Source: Desulfatiglandales bacterium (GTDB taxonomy: Bacteria; Desulfobacterota; DSM-4660; Desulfatiglandales; Desulfatiglandaceae). From it: DNA of 64,000 nt. The translations under genes were made by a program, and so were the position numbers. Under the pieces are notes generated by a model. It had not been told where the DNA came from and did no database searches. It saw nothing but the letters and a program-made list of their open reading frames with translations. The DNA lies in assembly GCA_963662465.1 (NCBI GenBank), contig OY759599.1:1632001-1696000 (forward strand), in the 5' to 3' direction. Positions 1 to 9,465 of this stretch are shown here, piece by piece; position 1 is the first letter of the stretch, and each line of letters begins with the position of its first letter.

Positions 1-891
1 TGCCAGCATTACTGCCGCCGCCGCGATCCCCGCCAGGATGAGATAGATTGTTATGGAGCGGGCGACAGGTATGAAGGCAACGCTCCTGGGGATGCCGACG
101 CTCAGGAAGGTCTCTGTCGCGCCGGATACCAATGGCGCCAGGCCGTACAGGCGCCGTATGCCGTCCAGGCCCTTGGCTTCGATCACACCCTTCTTTTGAG
201 CCAACATCCGTTCAATAACCGGGGCATGGGGAAAGGATTGCCCGACCCATTTTGCGGGATCAGGGGTTCGCATTAACACAGTACCGCTCTTGTCCACGAC
301 GCGGACCGTGGTTCCCGCGGGCAGATTGATGGAAGCGAAGAAGTCTCGATATGTCAGATCCAGTCCCGCTATGATCACCGTGACGACCCGGCCCTGATGG
401 TCCAGGGCGGGATATGCCAGGGGACAGATGGCTTTCCCGCTCAGCGGGCCGATCTCATAGGTTCCCATGACAAAATCGCGGCGCTTCAATACCTCCCTGA
501 ACCATGGTTTGTCGGTAAAATTATGCGGTTGATCCAGGGAAAAAGAACTGGTCAGAAGATCCCCGTTGGGGCTGACCGTTAGAAAGCCGGTATAGCCTTC
601 CGAGTTCGCCCGCAGGTTGGAAAAGACTTCGGTGCAGGCGGCCTTGTCGTGTTGTTGTACCTGGGGTAGTTGAGAAAGGGTAAACAGGATCTGGCGGGCA
701 TCGCGAATGCGACATTCCCACAGGTTTGCCGCCCCTTCGGCCAGATCCAGCGCATGCTGTTGGGCCTGGTCAACGTCGTGGCGGATGTGTTCCAGGCCGG
801 AGTAGCCGATGATCAAGAGCGAGGGAAGAACCGCGGCAAACACGAGAAGGGTGATGCGTGTCCGCAAACTGAAAAACGAAAACCGGTTCAT
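1..891 (-). CDS. dCache-type periplasmic sensor, N-terminal part of a membrane sensor protein, probably a histidine kinase (runs off the window edge)
   Basis: Manual translation MNRFSFFSLRTRITLLVFAAVLPSLLIIGYSG...FTDKPWFREVLKRRDFVMGTYEIGPLSGK...IYLILAGIAAAAVMLA gives TM-Cache-TM; GGAGG RBS upstream; absent from the ORF track because it is open at the edge. Confidence 0.85.
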   Translation of the reverse strand, partial: MNRFSFFSLRTRITLLVFAAVLPSLLIIGYSGLEHIRHDVDQAQQHALDLAEGAANLWECRIRDARQILFTLSQLPQVQQHDKAACTEVFSNLRANSEGYTGFLTVSPNGDLLTSSFSLDQPHNFTDKPWFREVLKRRDFVMGTYEIGPLSGKAICPLAYPALDHQGRVVTVIIAGLDLTYRDFFASINLPAGTTVRVVDKSGTVLMRTPDPAKWVGQSFPHAPVIERMLAQKKGVIEAKGLDGIRRLYGLAPLVSGATETFLSVGIPRSVAFIPVARSITIYLILAGIAAAAVMLA

Positions 892-925
892 GGCGGGGTC
901 CTCCCTTTGTCACAATGTCAAAACC

Positions 926-1504
926 TCAAGTTTGTCCAAGAAGCTTTCTGATTTCATTCATCAGTGTTTTTTCTTCGATGGGCTTTGCCAGGTAGCCGTC
1001 AGCGCCGGCTTCTAAAATCCGGTTTTGATTCTCTTCCGTATCGTATCCGGTAATGGCGATAATTTTGATGTGGGCGGTGTCCGGGTCATTTTTGACCCGC
1101 CGGCACGTATCAAACCCGTCCATCCCAGGCATGAACAGGTCCAGAAGAATTATTCCCGGTTTGAACGTCATGACCTTGGTTCCGGCCTGGAAACCGTCTT
1201 CAGCGGTTTCGGTCAGATATCCGTGCAGATTTAGAAGTTTTACGATCAACGTTCGAATCCCGAGATCATCATCGACAATCAGGATTCGATTGGCTTCTGG
1301 CGTATAGCTTCCAAAGGGGTACATTCCCCTGTCGCGCATGAAGTTTTCAAGGTCTTTCCGATGGATTCGGTATTGCCCCCCCGGGGTCAAAGATGCCTTT
1401 ATTTCACCGGATTTTACGTACTTCCAAACTGTTACCCTGTTGAGAAGACATATTTTGGCCGCCTGGGGAATGCTGAGAATTTCCTTATTCACGCTTGGCT
1501 CCAT
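926..1504 (-). CDS. Response regulator with N-terminal excisionase-like HTH and C-terminal receiver domain
   Basis: LSIPQAAKIC...TPGGQYRI HTH; ILIVDDD, LLDLFMPGMDG and AKP receiver motifs; start moved to MEPSV. Confidence 0.85.
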   Translation of the reverse strand: MEPSVNKEILSIPQAAKICLLNRVTVWKYVKSGEIKASLTPGGQYRIHRKDLENFMRDRGMYPFGSYTPEANRILIVDDDLGIRTLIVKLLNLHGYLTETAEDGFQAGTKVMTFKPGIILLDLFMPGMDGFDTCRRVKNDPDTAHIKIIAITGYDTEENQNRILEAGADGYLAKPIEEKTLMNEIRKLLGQT

Positions 1505-1612
1505 GGTTGAAAAGTTATCCAACCTAAAAAATAGAAACATCAGAATAAACGGAATGAATATATAGGATACGGCATGGCCCTGTCAATCATGTTTTCGCGG
1601 GTTTAAGGGGGG

Positions 1613-2830
1613 TTACAGATGATAGGATTTCAATTCAAGCAGCTTTTTGTCCTGGGTGGCAACGATGTGATAAAACCGGTCCTGGGGCACATAAATGTAG
1701 GGGACATCTTCCTCTCTTCGGTAGAGAAAATGACTGAGGATCATGCGATTGACGGCCCGGTGCCCCACGATGATGATGCTCTGTGAATCCTGGCTTAAAT
1801 AGAGGGCTTTCTTGATCCCCATATCCACCCGGTATTTCATGGACGTATACCCCTCACCATCCGGATACACATAGTTATACTTATCCTTTTTCCTGGCCAG
1901 AAACACATGGGGCATTTGTTTGCGAATCTCTTCATAGCTCATGCACTCACAGGCGCCGCTGTCGATTTCGTTAAACTCCTTCAGGGGAATAATGGTACAT
2001 TTTGCCTGTAACGCCTTGATGGGAACCGCCGTCTGGAGGGTCCGCTTCTTTTCGCTGGTGAAAATCACCGGAACACTTTTTTTGCTGAAATAGCGGGCCA
2101 GGGCCCGGGCCTGGGTCATACCGTTTTCCGTCAGGGGCGAGTCGCCGCCAATGCGGTTTTCCAGATTGAAAAAGGTTTCTCCATGGCGAAGCAGGAATAG
2201 ATTTTTGACCGTATCCGTTACCAGAAAATCCCGAATCCGGTCCCAGTAGGGGATCTTGTCCGTAATTTCTTCCTTCAGAATTTTGTTGTTCAGGGAATCC
2301 AGCTTGACGAAATTCCGTTCCGTCTCCAGAGGGGTATAGATGGTTTGATAGTAACCGATTCTTCGACGGAAACTCTGCATGGCTTCTTCTTTCGCCAAAT
2401 GATTGAATTCCGGAAGCGCCACCTTTCTCTGGAGACTGGCCTTGAGAATTTTCTCATCTCCGTTGATGCATTCGATAAAGAGAATCGGATGGTCCCCGAT
2501 AGCCCCGGAAATTTTATTTCTGCGCTGAAGACTGACATTGGTGGCATCGAGAATGGCCACATGGCCCGTCCGTTCCAGATAGTCTTTGGCCCGCCCGATA
2601 TTGGCAATGGCAATTTTTTCCCTGAGTTCAACCCCCTGCTGGTTATTCGGATCATAGAATTCGGGCCGGGAACTCTCGATGCCGGTGAGTTTCCGCCTCA
2701 GATCGCCGTTGTTGAAAATGCCGGTCTTGATGCCGTATTTGGTGAGGTTTTCTTTCAGCCTGTTGGCGATGGTGGATTTCCCTCTGGCGGGAAGCCCCAC
2801 CATGACAATGTAGAGATGGTTGTCATGCAT
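1613..2830 (-). CDS. Bifunctional 6-phosphofructo-2-kinase/fructose-2,6-bisphosphatase-like protein
   Basis: Kinase motifs MVGLPARGKS, FNNGDLRR, DATN, FIE; phosphatase motifs LLRHGE, RIGGD, NEIDSG, DKYNYVYPDGEGY, GHRAVNR; collinear with eukaryotic PFKFB. Confidence 0.9.
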   Translation of the reverse strand: MHDNHLYIVMVGLPARGKSTIANRLKENLTKYGIKTGIFNNGDLRRKLTGIESSRPEFYDPNNQQGVELREKIAIANIGRAKDYLERTGHVAILDATNVSLQRRNKISGAIGDHPILFIECINGDEKILKASLQRKVALPEFNHLAKEEAMQSFRRRIGYYQTIYTPLETERNFVKLDSLNNKILKEEITDKIPYWDRIRDFLVTDTVKNLFLLRHGETFFNLENRIGGDSPLTENGMTQARALARYFSKKSVPVIFTSEKKRTLQTAVPIKALQAKCTIIPLKEFNEIDSGACECMSYEEIRKQMPHVFLARKKDKYNYVYPDGEGYTSMKYRVDMGIKKALYLSQDSQSIIIVGHRAVNRMILSHFLYRREEDVPYIYVPQDRFYHIVATQDKKLLELKSYHL

Positions 2831-2957
2831 GGTTCATGAACTCCGAAAATGTTACGGCGTTTACCCTTGATCTTTCCAAAAGAACATCTATAATAAAAAA
2901 GGATTACGGAAGCAACCCAATTTCACCACCCAACATTTCATACGAGGAGGTAATCGC

Positions 2958-3662
2958 ATGGCGCAAACATCCGTATCGAGGCCCAGGTCTGAAGTCCTGG
3001 TGAACGATTTTGTCAGAAGCGTATACAACTGGATGGGCATCGGGCTGGCTCTCACAGCCCTGGTGGCCCTGTATGTTTCCGGAAACGAGGCCCTCACCCG
3101 CCTCATCTTCGGCAATTCCATCATCTTTATCCTGCTCATCGTGGCGGAGCTGGGGCTGGTGTTTGCCATCTCCGGCATGGTGAACAAAATGAGCGCCGGT
3201 ACGGCCACATCTCTATTCGTTCTTTATTCGGCGCTGAACGGCGTTACGCTCTCCTTCATCTTCCTGGCCTATACCCAGACCTCCATCGTCAGCACTTTTT
3301 TTGTGTGCGCCGGAACCTTTGTGGGCTGCAGCATTTACGGCTGGATTACCAAACGGGATCTGACGTCCATGGGCGGATTTTTGATGATGGGTCTCATCGG
3401 CATTATCATCGCATCCCTGGTGAACATGTTTTTCAGAAGCCCCGGCATGAGCATCATCATCAGCTACATCGGGGTCATTGTTTTCGTGGGGCTCACCGCC
3501 TATGACACCCAAAAGCTCAAAAATATGGCCCTCACGCAGCCCGTGGATGCGGACGGGGCCGTGGTCAGGAAAGGGGCGATTCTGGGCGCATTGTCCCTCT
3601 ATCTGGATTTCATCAACCTCTTTTTGATGTTGCTCCGAATCTTCGGTCAGGGACGGGATTAA
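2958..3662 (+). CDS. Bax inhibitor-1/YccA family membrane protein
   Basis: About 7 TM; TAYDTQKLK and GALSLYLDFINLFLMLLRIFG signatures. Confidence 0.93.
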   Translation: MAQTSVSRPRSEVLVNDFVRSVYNWMGIGLALTALVALYVSGNEALTRLIFGNSIIFILLIVAELGLVFAISGMVNKMSAGTATSLFVLYSALNGVTLSFIFLAYTQTSIVSTFFVCAGTFVGCSIYGWITKRDLTSMGGFLMMGLIGIIIASLVNMFFRSPGMSIIISYIGVIVFVGLTAYDTQKLKNMALTQPVDADGAVVRKGAILGALSLYLDFINLFLMLLRIFGQGRD

Positions 3663-3693
3663 ATTTCCATAGTCTCACTCATTTTCGGTTTAC

Positions 3694-3740
3694 AAAATCC
3701 TCCTGATTAAATCGTTTTTTTGTCGGGGGGATTTTTTTTG
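3694..3740 (+). terminator. Probable intrinsic terminator after the BI-1 gene
   Basis: aaaatcctcctga...tcggggggatttt stem followed by a T run. Confidence 0.5.
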
Positions 3741-3760
3741 GGGTACATGCGCTTCAAGAA

Positions 3761-4420
3761 ATGGTGAAACAGAGCAAAACATTTGTAATCGGGGACGTCC
3801 ATGGCCGTCTTGGCATGCTTACAAGGCTCATGGATAAAATTCCATGGCGGCCGGGCCGGGATGCCCTGATTTTTCTGGGAGATTATGTGGACCGGGGGCC
3901 GGATTCCATAGGTGTTGTGGACTACATCCTGTCGTTGACCCGGAACCATGCCCGGATCACTTGTATTATGGGAAACCACGAGGATATGCTGCTGGATTAC
4001 CTGTCGGGCGTGAATCGGAATTTGTACCTGGCCAACGGCGGTCTTACCACCCTGAAGGCGTACCGATCTGAACAGAACCCGGGAACCCCATTATTTGCCG
4101 GCGACATCCCCCGTGACCACATGGCTTTCTATACTTCCCTTAAACCCTTCATTGAGCTGGAGCATCATTATCTGGTTCACGCCGGGTTTAGGCCGGGCAT
4201 TCCCATGGCGCGGCAGAGCAGGACAGATATGATGTGGATTCGGGAACCCTTTATTTCCTCAACCTTTGATTTCGGGAAAAAAGTTGTTTTTGGTCATACG
4301 CCTTTTCCGGAACCCCTGGTCATGGCCAACAAAATCGGAGTGGATACGGGCGCGGCCTACGGCAAACGGCTTACCTGCCTTGAATTGCCGGCTGAAACTT
4401 TTTATTTTGTGAGTGGGTAA
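3761..4420 (+). CDS. Ser/Thr protein phosphatase family metallophosphoesterase (PPP-like)
   Basis: GDVHG, GDYVDRG, GNHE, HAG, GHTP and DTGA motifs. Confidence 0.92.
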   Translation: MVKQSKTFVIGDVHGRLGMLTRLMDKIPWRPGRDALIFLGDYVDRGPDSIGVVDYILSLTRNHARITCIMGNHEDMLLDYLSGVNRNLYLANGGLTTLKAYRSEQNPGTPLFAGDIPRDHMAFYTSLKPFIELEHHYLVHAGFRPGIPMARQSRTDMMWIREPFISSTFDFGKKVVFGHTPFPEPLVMANKIGVDTGAAYGKRLTCLELPAETFYFVSG

Positions 4421-4424
4421 ACTA

Positions 4425-4492
4425 TTGTCAGGGGCAGGGGGCAGGTGTTCCCCATCCTGCCCCCTGACAACTGCCCCCTGCACCCTGTGAAT
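4425..4492. repeat. Palindromic intergenic repeat, family shared with 31497-31588
   Basis: ttgtcagggg...cccctgacaa inverted arms; reverse complement attcacagggtgcagggggcagttgtcagggggcaggat resembles gttcacaggggcaggggacagttgtcaggggacaggat at 31497. Confidence 0.7.
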
Positions 4493-4495
4493 AGA

Positions 4496-5530
4496 CTATG
4501 AAATGTCCCCGCCAATGAATTTTTCCGCCAGTTCCACATCCTCCCGGTTTCCAATATAGAGGGGCACCCGCTGGTGAAGTTCTTTCGGGTCGATTTCAAG
4601 GATCGGGCCATGGCCGTCGCTGGCGTACCCACCCGCTTCCCTGGCCACCATGGCAAGGGGATTGGCCTCCACCATCAACCGCAGTTTTCCCGTGGGCTTT
4701 TTGGGATCTTTCCGGTCTGCGGGATACATGAAAATCCCCCCCTTTAACAGATTTCGGTGGAAATCCGCCACCAGGCTTCCCACATATCGGGCGGAATAGG
4801 GCCGGCCGCTTTCCCGGTCGACGGCCTTGAAGTGATCAACGAGTGCTCTCGTGTTTTCATCCCAATAGGCGTAGTTTCCCTCATTGACGCTATAGGTCTT
4901 TGATTTTTCGGGTATCTGAATGTTTTCATGTGAAAGGAGAAATTCTCCAACGCTGGGGTAGAGGGTAAATCCATGCACGCCCGTTCCATTGCCCGTGGTG
5001 TACACCATCATGGTGCTGGAGCCATAGATGAAGTAACCGGCCGCCACCTGGTGCATGCCGGGTTGCAACACATCGTTTAAAAGGCAGTCGATATCGGTCT
5101 CTTCACTGTTTTTCTTGTAAACGCCGAAGATAGTGCCGATACTCACATTCACATCGATATTGCTGGATCCGTCGAGGGGATCAAACAGAATAATATAGTT
5201 TCCTTTGGGGAACCGGGGGGGGATGTCGATCAGATCCGCGTTTTCTTCGGAGCCCATACAGCAGAGCTGGCCGATGTGCTGCATTCGTTCGATCACCACC
5301 TGGTTGGCAAAGATGTCGAGCTTTTGCACCTGTTCATTCTGAACGTTGATTTTTCCGGTTGCGCCCAGGATGTCCGCAAGCCCCGCCTTGTTCACTTCTC
5401 TGGAAATTACCTTTGCCGCAACGATCAGTTCGTTGAGCAGGATTGTGAAAGCGCCCGTGGCTTCCGGATTTTGTCGCTGCTGCCTCAAAAGATGTTGCAT
5501 AATGGTGGTGCCGACTTCTTTATTTTCCAT
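4496..5530 (-). CDS. fbp: Fructose-1,6-bisphosphatase class 1
   Basis: QKLD, SEE, FDPLDGSSNIDVN, YSVNEGN, RYVGSLVADFHRNLLKGG, GKLRL, HQRVP; start MENKEV with AAGGAG RBS. Confidence 0.96.
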   Translation of the reverse strand: MENKEVGTTIMQHLLRQQRQNPEATGAFTILLNELIVAAKVISREVNKAGLADILGATGKINVQNEQVQKLDIFANQVVIERMQHIGQLCCMGSEENADLIDIPPRFPKGNYIILFDPLDGSSNIDVNVSIGTIFGVYKKNSEETDIDCLLNDVLQPGMHQVAAGYFIYGSSTMMVYTTGNGTGVHGFTLYPSVGEFLLSHENIQIPEKSKTYSVNEGNYAYWDENTRALVDHFKAVDRESGRPYSARYVGSLVADFHRNLLKGGIFMYPADRKDPKKPTGKLRLMVEANPLAMVAREAGGYASDGHGPILEIDPKELHQRVPLYIGNREDVELAEKFIGGDIS

Positions 5531-5562
5531 CTTCCCATCTCCTTTCCTGTGCGAATTGATCA

Positions 5563-6051
5563 TCAATATTTCAACAGGGAATCCCAGAACTCCGGATCTT
5601 CATTTCGCCAGTTGGCGCCGAACCTTCGGTCGCAGAATGTGCTTAACCTGTCGTACCATTTGGCCCATACGTTTTTGTCTTGTTCCAAAGCTTCAAGGAT
5701 GTCCGCCAGATATATATCTACTTTCCCCATTTCATCCTTGGGGACGTAGTAGCAGGCGCCCTTTTCAAATGATTTTTTCAGATTGTTCTGGTTCAGAGCA
5801 TGGGCCGTGAGCATCAAAACCGGAATATCCCTTCCCTTGGCCAATTCCAGAAGTTCATAGCCGCGCACCCCCATGATGTCCAAAACCGCTGCGTCGTAGT
5901 GGTGGGTTTCAAGAAGGTTTTTCGCTTCTTCATAGGATGTTGCCCGATGAACCTCGCTGGTTTCCAACAGTTCCGACAAGAAATCAAGGATGTCTATTTC
6001 ATCGTCAACAAGCAGAATTTTCTTTCCTTCCAAGACCTTTTCAGGGTTCAT
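5563..6051 (-). CDS. Single-domain response regulator with short C-terminal extension
   Basis: ILLVDDE, AAVLDIMG, MLTAH, YVPK. Confidence 0.88.
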   Translation of the reverse strand: MNPEKVLEGKKILLVDDEIDILDFLSELLETSEVHRATSYEEAKNLLETHHYDAAVLDIMGVRGYELLELAKGRDIPVLMLTAHALNQNNLKKSFEKGACYYVPKDEMGKVDIYLADILEALEQDKNVWAKWYDRLSTFCDRRFGANWRNEDPEFWDSLLKY

Positions 6052-6094
6052 TCGCTGTCCTCCTTTTATGCAATCCGTCTTTCAGCAGATAAGT

Positions 6095-7174
6095 TTATAC
6101 GGCTTTGTCTCGATATTCAAGTCTATATATCTCTGCCAGCGTCAAAAATATGGTGATAATCAGAGGGCCATAAATAATTCCCAGGATTCCAAACACCTTA
6201 ATCCCCCCGATAATCCCGATGAACACCAGGAGTGCATTCATTTGCATCCCCTGTCCGATGAGTCTGGGTTTCACCAGATATTCGATGATTGAGCTGTACG
6301 ATACATTGTAAATCAGATATCCCCATCCAATCCCCGTATTGCCATGTAAAAACAGAAGGGCCGCGGTGGGAATAAACACGGCCGAAGCCCCGATAATGGG
6401 GAGAAACGCCATGAAGCAGATGACGGTTCCCCAGAGGAAGGGTGAATCCAGACCAAAGAAGTAAAATCCCAACCCCCCCAGAATTCCCTGCACAATTCCG
6501 GAAAGTCCGTTCCCCACCACAACGGCCCTTCCCATTTCATGGAATTTAGAGGTTAGCTTTTCCAGTTGATCCTCGGGTACGGGCAGGAGTTCGAAAAAAT
6601 ACCGCTTCAATCTTGCGCCATCCTTAAAGAGATAGTACATGGTGAGGGCCATCAGAAAAAATTGAATCAGAAAGTTGAGCAGATTTGAGGCCATACTTCT
6701 GATCTGGTCGTACAAAAACAATCCGATGTTTTTCCCGATGGAAGACGCCAGTTCCTCAATGGTATCCGGCGTAATGTTGAGCCCGGTCATGTCGTTTAGT
6801 TTTTCAAAACGCTCGCCCCAGACCGGGTCGTCTTTCACGATTTTTTTTATTTTGCTGAGCGATACCTGATTGCTGCTCTTCTTGTAAAATTCGTAGGCCT
6901 CATTGGAGAGGGTGCTGATAAACCAGCTCACGGGAATAATCAATATGATCAGGATAAAGAAGGTGACGCAAAGGGACGCCAGTACCTCCCGATGTCGCAC
7001 GAGAGTCTTAACCCTTGCATATGCGGGATAAAAAACGCTGACAATGAGCATTGCCAGAATAATGGCCGACAAAAAAGTCCAGAAGAGCTTCAGGAGCAAC
7101 AACAGAGAGCAGAGCAGAAAAATAAGAAAAAATCTAGCGCCTTGTTGTTTGTCCATACACGTCGGATTTACCAT
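6095..7174 (-). CDS. AI-2E family (PerM/TqsA-like) transporter
   Basis: Multi-TM; FLPIIG, KPRLIG and GILGIIYGPLI motifs. Confidence 0.9.
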   Translation of the reverse strand: MVNPTCMDKQQGARFFLIFLLCSLLLLLKLFWTFLSAIILAMLIVSVFYPAYARVKTLVRHREVLASLCVTFFILIILIIPVSWFISTLSNEAYEFYKKSSNQVSLSKIKKIVKDDPVWGERFEKLNDMTGLNITPDTIEELASSIGKNIGLFLYDQIRSMASNLLNFLIQFFLMALTMYYLFKDGARLKRYFFELLPVPEDQLEKLTSKFHEMGRAVVVGNGLSGIVQGILGGLGFYFFGLDSPFLWGTVICFMAFLPIIGASAVFIPTAALLFLHGNTGIGWGYLIYNVSYSSIIEYLVKPRLIGQGMQMNALLVFIGIIGGIKVFGILGIIYGPLIITIFLTLAEIYRLEYRDKAV

Positions 7175-7188
7175 GGCAAAATTCCACT

Positions 7189-7231
7189 CTTAACACTTAA
7201 AATCTAAAACTTAAAACTGCCACTTGCCGCT
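7189..7231. repeat. Heptamer (ACTTAAA-type) tandem repeat plus GC motif directly after the thiM stop
   Basis: cttaacacttaaaatctaaaacttaaaactgccacttgccgc; same architecture at 15734-15779. Confidence 0.7.
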
Positions 7232-8041
7232 TTAAGACTTAATCCGAACCTTTTTAACCAACTGTTCTGACGTCAGGTTGAATAACGCATCCAGCAGGGC
7301 GGGATGAAAGGAACCCGGGCCTTTTGAAAATGCTGCCGCCGCTTCACCCGCCAGGCCATAAGCCGCCAGGGCTGTCGCAGTCGCTTCAAGGCTGTCGCCA
7401 TCCACGGCCAGAAATGCGCCGATCAGTGCGGTCGCAACGCAGCCGGTTCCCGTGACCTGTCCCATCTGTTCGTGTCCGTTAAACACCCTGAGAACGCGGT
7501 CCCCATCGGTAACCAGATCCACGGGTCCCGTAATGGCAAGGGTGGCGCCCAGTTTTCGAGAAAGGGCGACGGCAGCCGCTTCGGCTTCGTCAACCCCATG
7601 CACCGCGTCCACGCCTTTTGTCCGAGAATCCCCTCCGGCCAAGGAAAGTACCTCCGAGGCATTTCCACGAATCACGCTGATGGAAAGGGCATCCGTCAGT
7701 TTCATGGCCGTGGCGGTGCGAAAGGTGGTGGCCCCGGCGCCCACCGGGTCCAGAACAATGGGAATGTTCAGTTTATTGGCTTTTTTGCCGGCCTTCAGCA
7801 TGCCCTCCACCCAGGGATGCGTCAGGGTGCCGATATTGAGTACCAGGGCGCCGGCAAGGGCGACCATCTCTTCCACTTCTTCCGGCGCATGGGCCATCAC
7901 CGGAGATGCGCCGAAGGCCAGGAGGGCGTTTGCCGTAAAATTCATGACCACGAAGTTGGTAATGTTATGGATCAGAGGCTTTTGATCTCTGAGTGTTGTC
8001 AGGTTTAAAGCGGCTTTATGGGCCAGGTTTTCATCAAACAT
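7232..8041 (-). CDS. thiM: Hydroxyethylthiazole kinase
   Basis: PLIHNITNFV, GASPVMAH, LDPVGAGAT, IRGNASE, TGTGC. Confidence 0.96.
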   Translation of the reverse strand: MFDENLAHKAALNLTTLRDQKPLIHNITNFVVMNFTANALLAFGASPVMAHAPEEVEEMVALAGALVLNIGTLTHPWVEGMLKAGKKANKLNIPIVLDPVGAGATTFRTATAMKLTDALSISVIRGNASEVLSLAGGDSRTKGVDAVHGVDEAEAAAVALSRKLGATLAITGPVDLVTDGDRVLRVFNGHEQMGQVTGTGCVATALIGAFLAVDGDSLEATATALAAYGLAGEAAAAFSKGPGSFHPALLDALFNLTSEQLVKKVRIKS

Positions 8042-8050
8042 AAGTTCTCC

Positions 8051-9076
8051 TTATTTTTTAAAGTGATCCCAGCCGGACAGACCCGCGGGACGGGAAATGC
8101 CGTCCGGCGACATCAGCTCAATTGCTCCTTTTTTTCCGGTGATGGTTCCGATTTCCGTTACGGGGATGTTGCTCTCCCGGGAAACGGCATCCCGAATGCC
8201 CGTCGCATGTTCAGGTGCGCAGGTCATCATCAGTTCATAATCGTCGCTTTCTTTTAAAACAAAATCCAGGGGGTTCCGTCCCGAATCCTCGGCGAATTGA
8301 TCAAGGGCTTTGCTTACCGGCAGTCGCTTCTCGTCGAGCACGGCGCCAACGCCGCTTTCGTCGCAGATATGCCTCAGATCCCCTAAAAGGCCGTCGCTGA
8401 TATCGATCATGGCATTGGCAAGGCCCAAGCGCGCAACGGCCGCCCCCTCACGGGCGCGGTGGGTGGGTTGCTGATAGGCTCTGACCAGTGGACTGTCGGT
8501 CAGGTTGTTGCCGGGTTCCGCCTCAAGCAGCATTGCAAGCCCCGCAGCCGATTGTCCCGGATATCCCGTTACCAGGATTACGTCTCCCGGTCTTGCGGTG
8601 GCGCGACGCACCATTTTGCCCGCTTCCACCTCGCCGATCAGGGTAATGTCAATAAAATTGTCGTTGTTTGATGACGTCACATTGCCGCCGATGATAACCG
8701 CATCAAGGGGATTCAATTCCGCCAGAAAACCCCGATAGACGGCTTCCACGTTCTTGAGCGGCGTACTCGCCCGCAGGCCCAGAGACACCAGGGCATAGCG
8801 GGGTCGCCCCCCCATGGCGCCGATGTCGCTGATGTTGAGGGTCATGGCCCGTCGCCCAATGTCATAGAGCGAAATGAACCCGGGCAGATAATGGCGGTTT
8901 TCCACCATGCAGTCGCAGGTCACCAGTAGATCATATCCCGGGCGGGATTGAAAGGCCGCGCAGTCGTCGCCGATGCCGAGGGTGGTTTTCGGCAGCGTGA
9001 CGCCTTCTGCTTTAATGATCTTATGGATTCGGTTGATAAGACCGAATTCCCCAATCTGCGCCAGGGTTTGGCTCAT
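8051..9076 (-). CDS. thiL: Thiamine-monophosphate kinase
   Basis: GEFGLI, GIGDDCA, NISDIGAMGG, IDISDGL, DYEL, GWDHF. Confidence 0.95.
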   Translation of the reverse strand: MSQTLAQIGEFGLINRIHKIIKAEGVTLPKTTLGIGDDCAAFQSRPGYDLLVTCDCMVENRHYLPGFISLYDIGRRAMTLNISDIGAMGGRPRYALVSLGLRASTPLKNVEAVYRGFLAELNPLDAVIIGGNVTSSNNDNFIDITLIGEVEAGKMVRRATARPGDVILVTGYPGQSAAGLAMLLEAEPGNNLTDSPLVRAYQQPTHRAREGAAVARLGLANAMIDISDGLLGDLRHICDESGVGAVLDEKRLPVSKALDQFAEDSGRNPLDFVLKESDDYELMMTCAPEHATGIRDAVSRESNIPVTEIGTITGKKGAIELMSPDGISRPAGLSGWDHFKK

Positions 9077-9087
9077 GTTAGATCCTC

Positions 9088-9321
9088 TCACAATACAACA
9101 GGAATACCTTTTCTTTTTATATCAACGAAAAATAGCGGTGGGTCATTCAGAACATCATCCAATGAGAAAGTATGAACTTCCAATCGTAAATCGATAGCTC
9201 TTCTAAATTTGCTTATCTTTTTTAGGTCGTAAAAAGGCACGCCTGCAAATTTATCTGAAACAATTGCTATATCTATATCCAGCCAATATTTTACCTGTTT
9301 ATCCTTAATCAAATCTTTCAA
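9088..9321 (-). pseudogene. Truncated minimal nucleotidyltransferase (MNT-like) remnant
   Basis: DIDIAIVS...LEVHTFS...FFVDIKRKGI resembles the C-terminal half of an MNT; the N-terminal GS motif is missing; AT-rich. Confidence 0.6.
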
Positions 9322-9359
9322 CCCTGTTACCTTCTCACCTTAAAGGAAACAACATAAGG

Positions 9360-9465
9360 TTCATCGCGGATTAACGTGATCACCCGTTCAACTGCATCCT
9401 TCGGATGGTTGACCGGGTGCGTTTGCTTTCCAGAAAACGGTGTTTTCACGTTAATCCGCGTTGAG
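9360..9465. repeat. About 100-bp palindromic MITE/REP-like element overlapping the thiE stop
   Basis: Perfect 15-bp IR cgcggattaacgtga (9365-9379) / tcacgttaatccgcg (9446-9460), with nested hairpin cacccgttcaac..catcc-ttc-ggatg..gttgaccgggtg. Confidence 0.75.
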
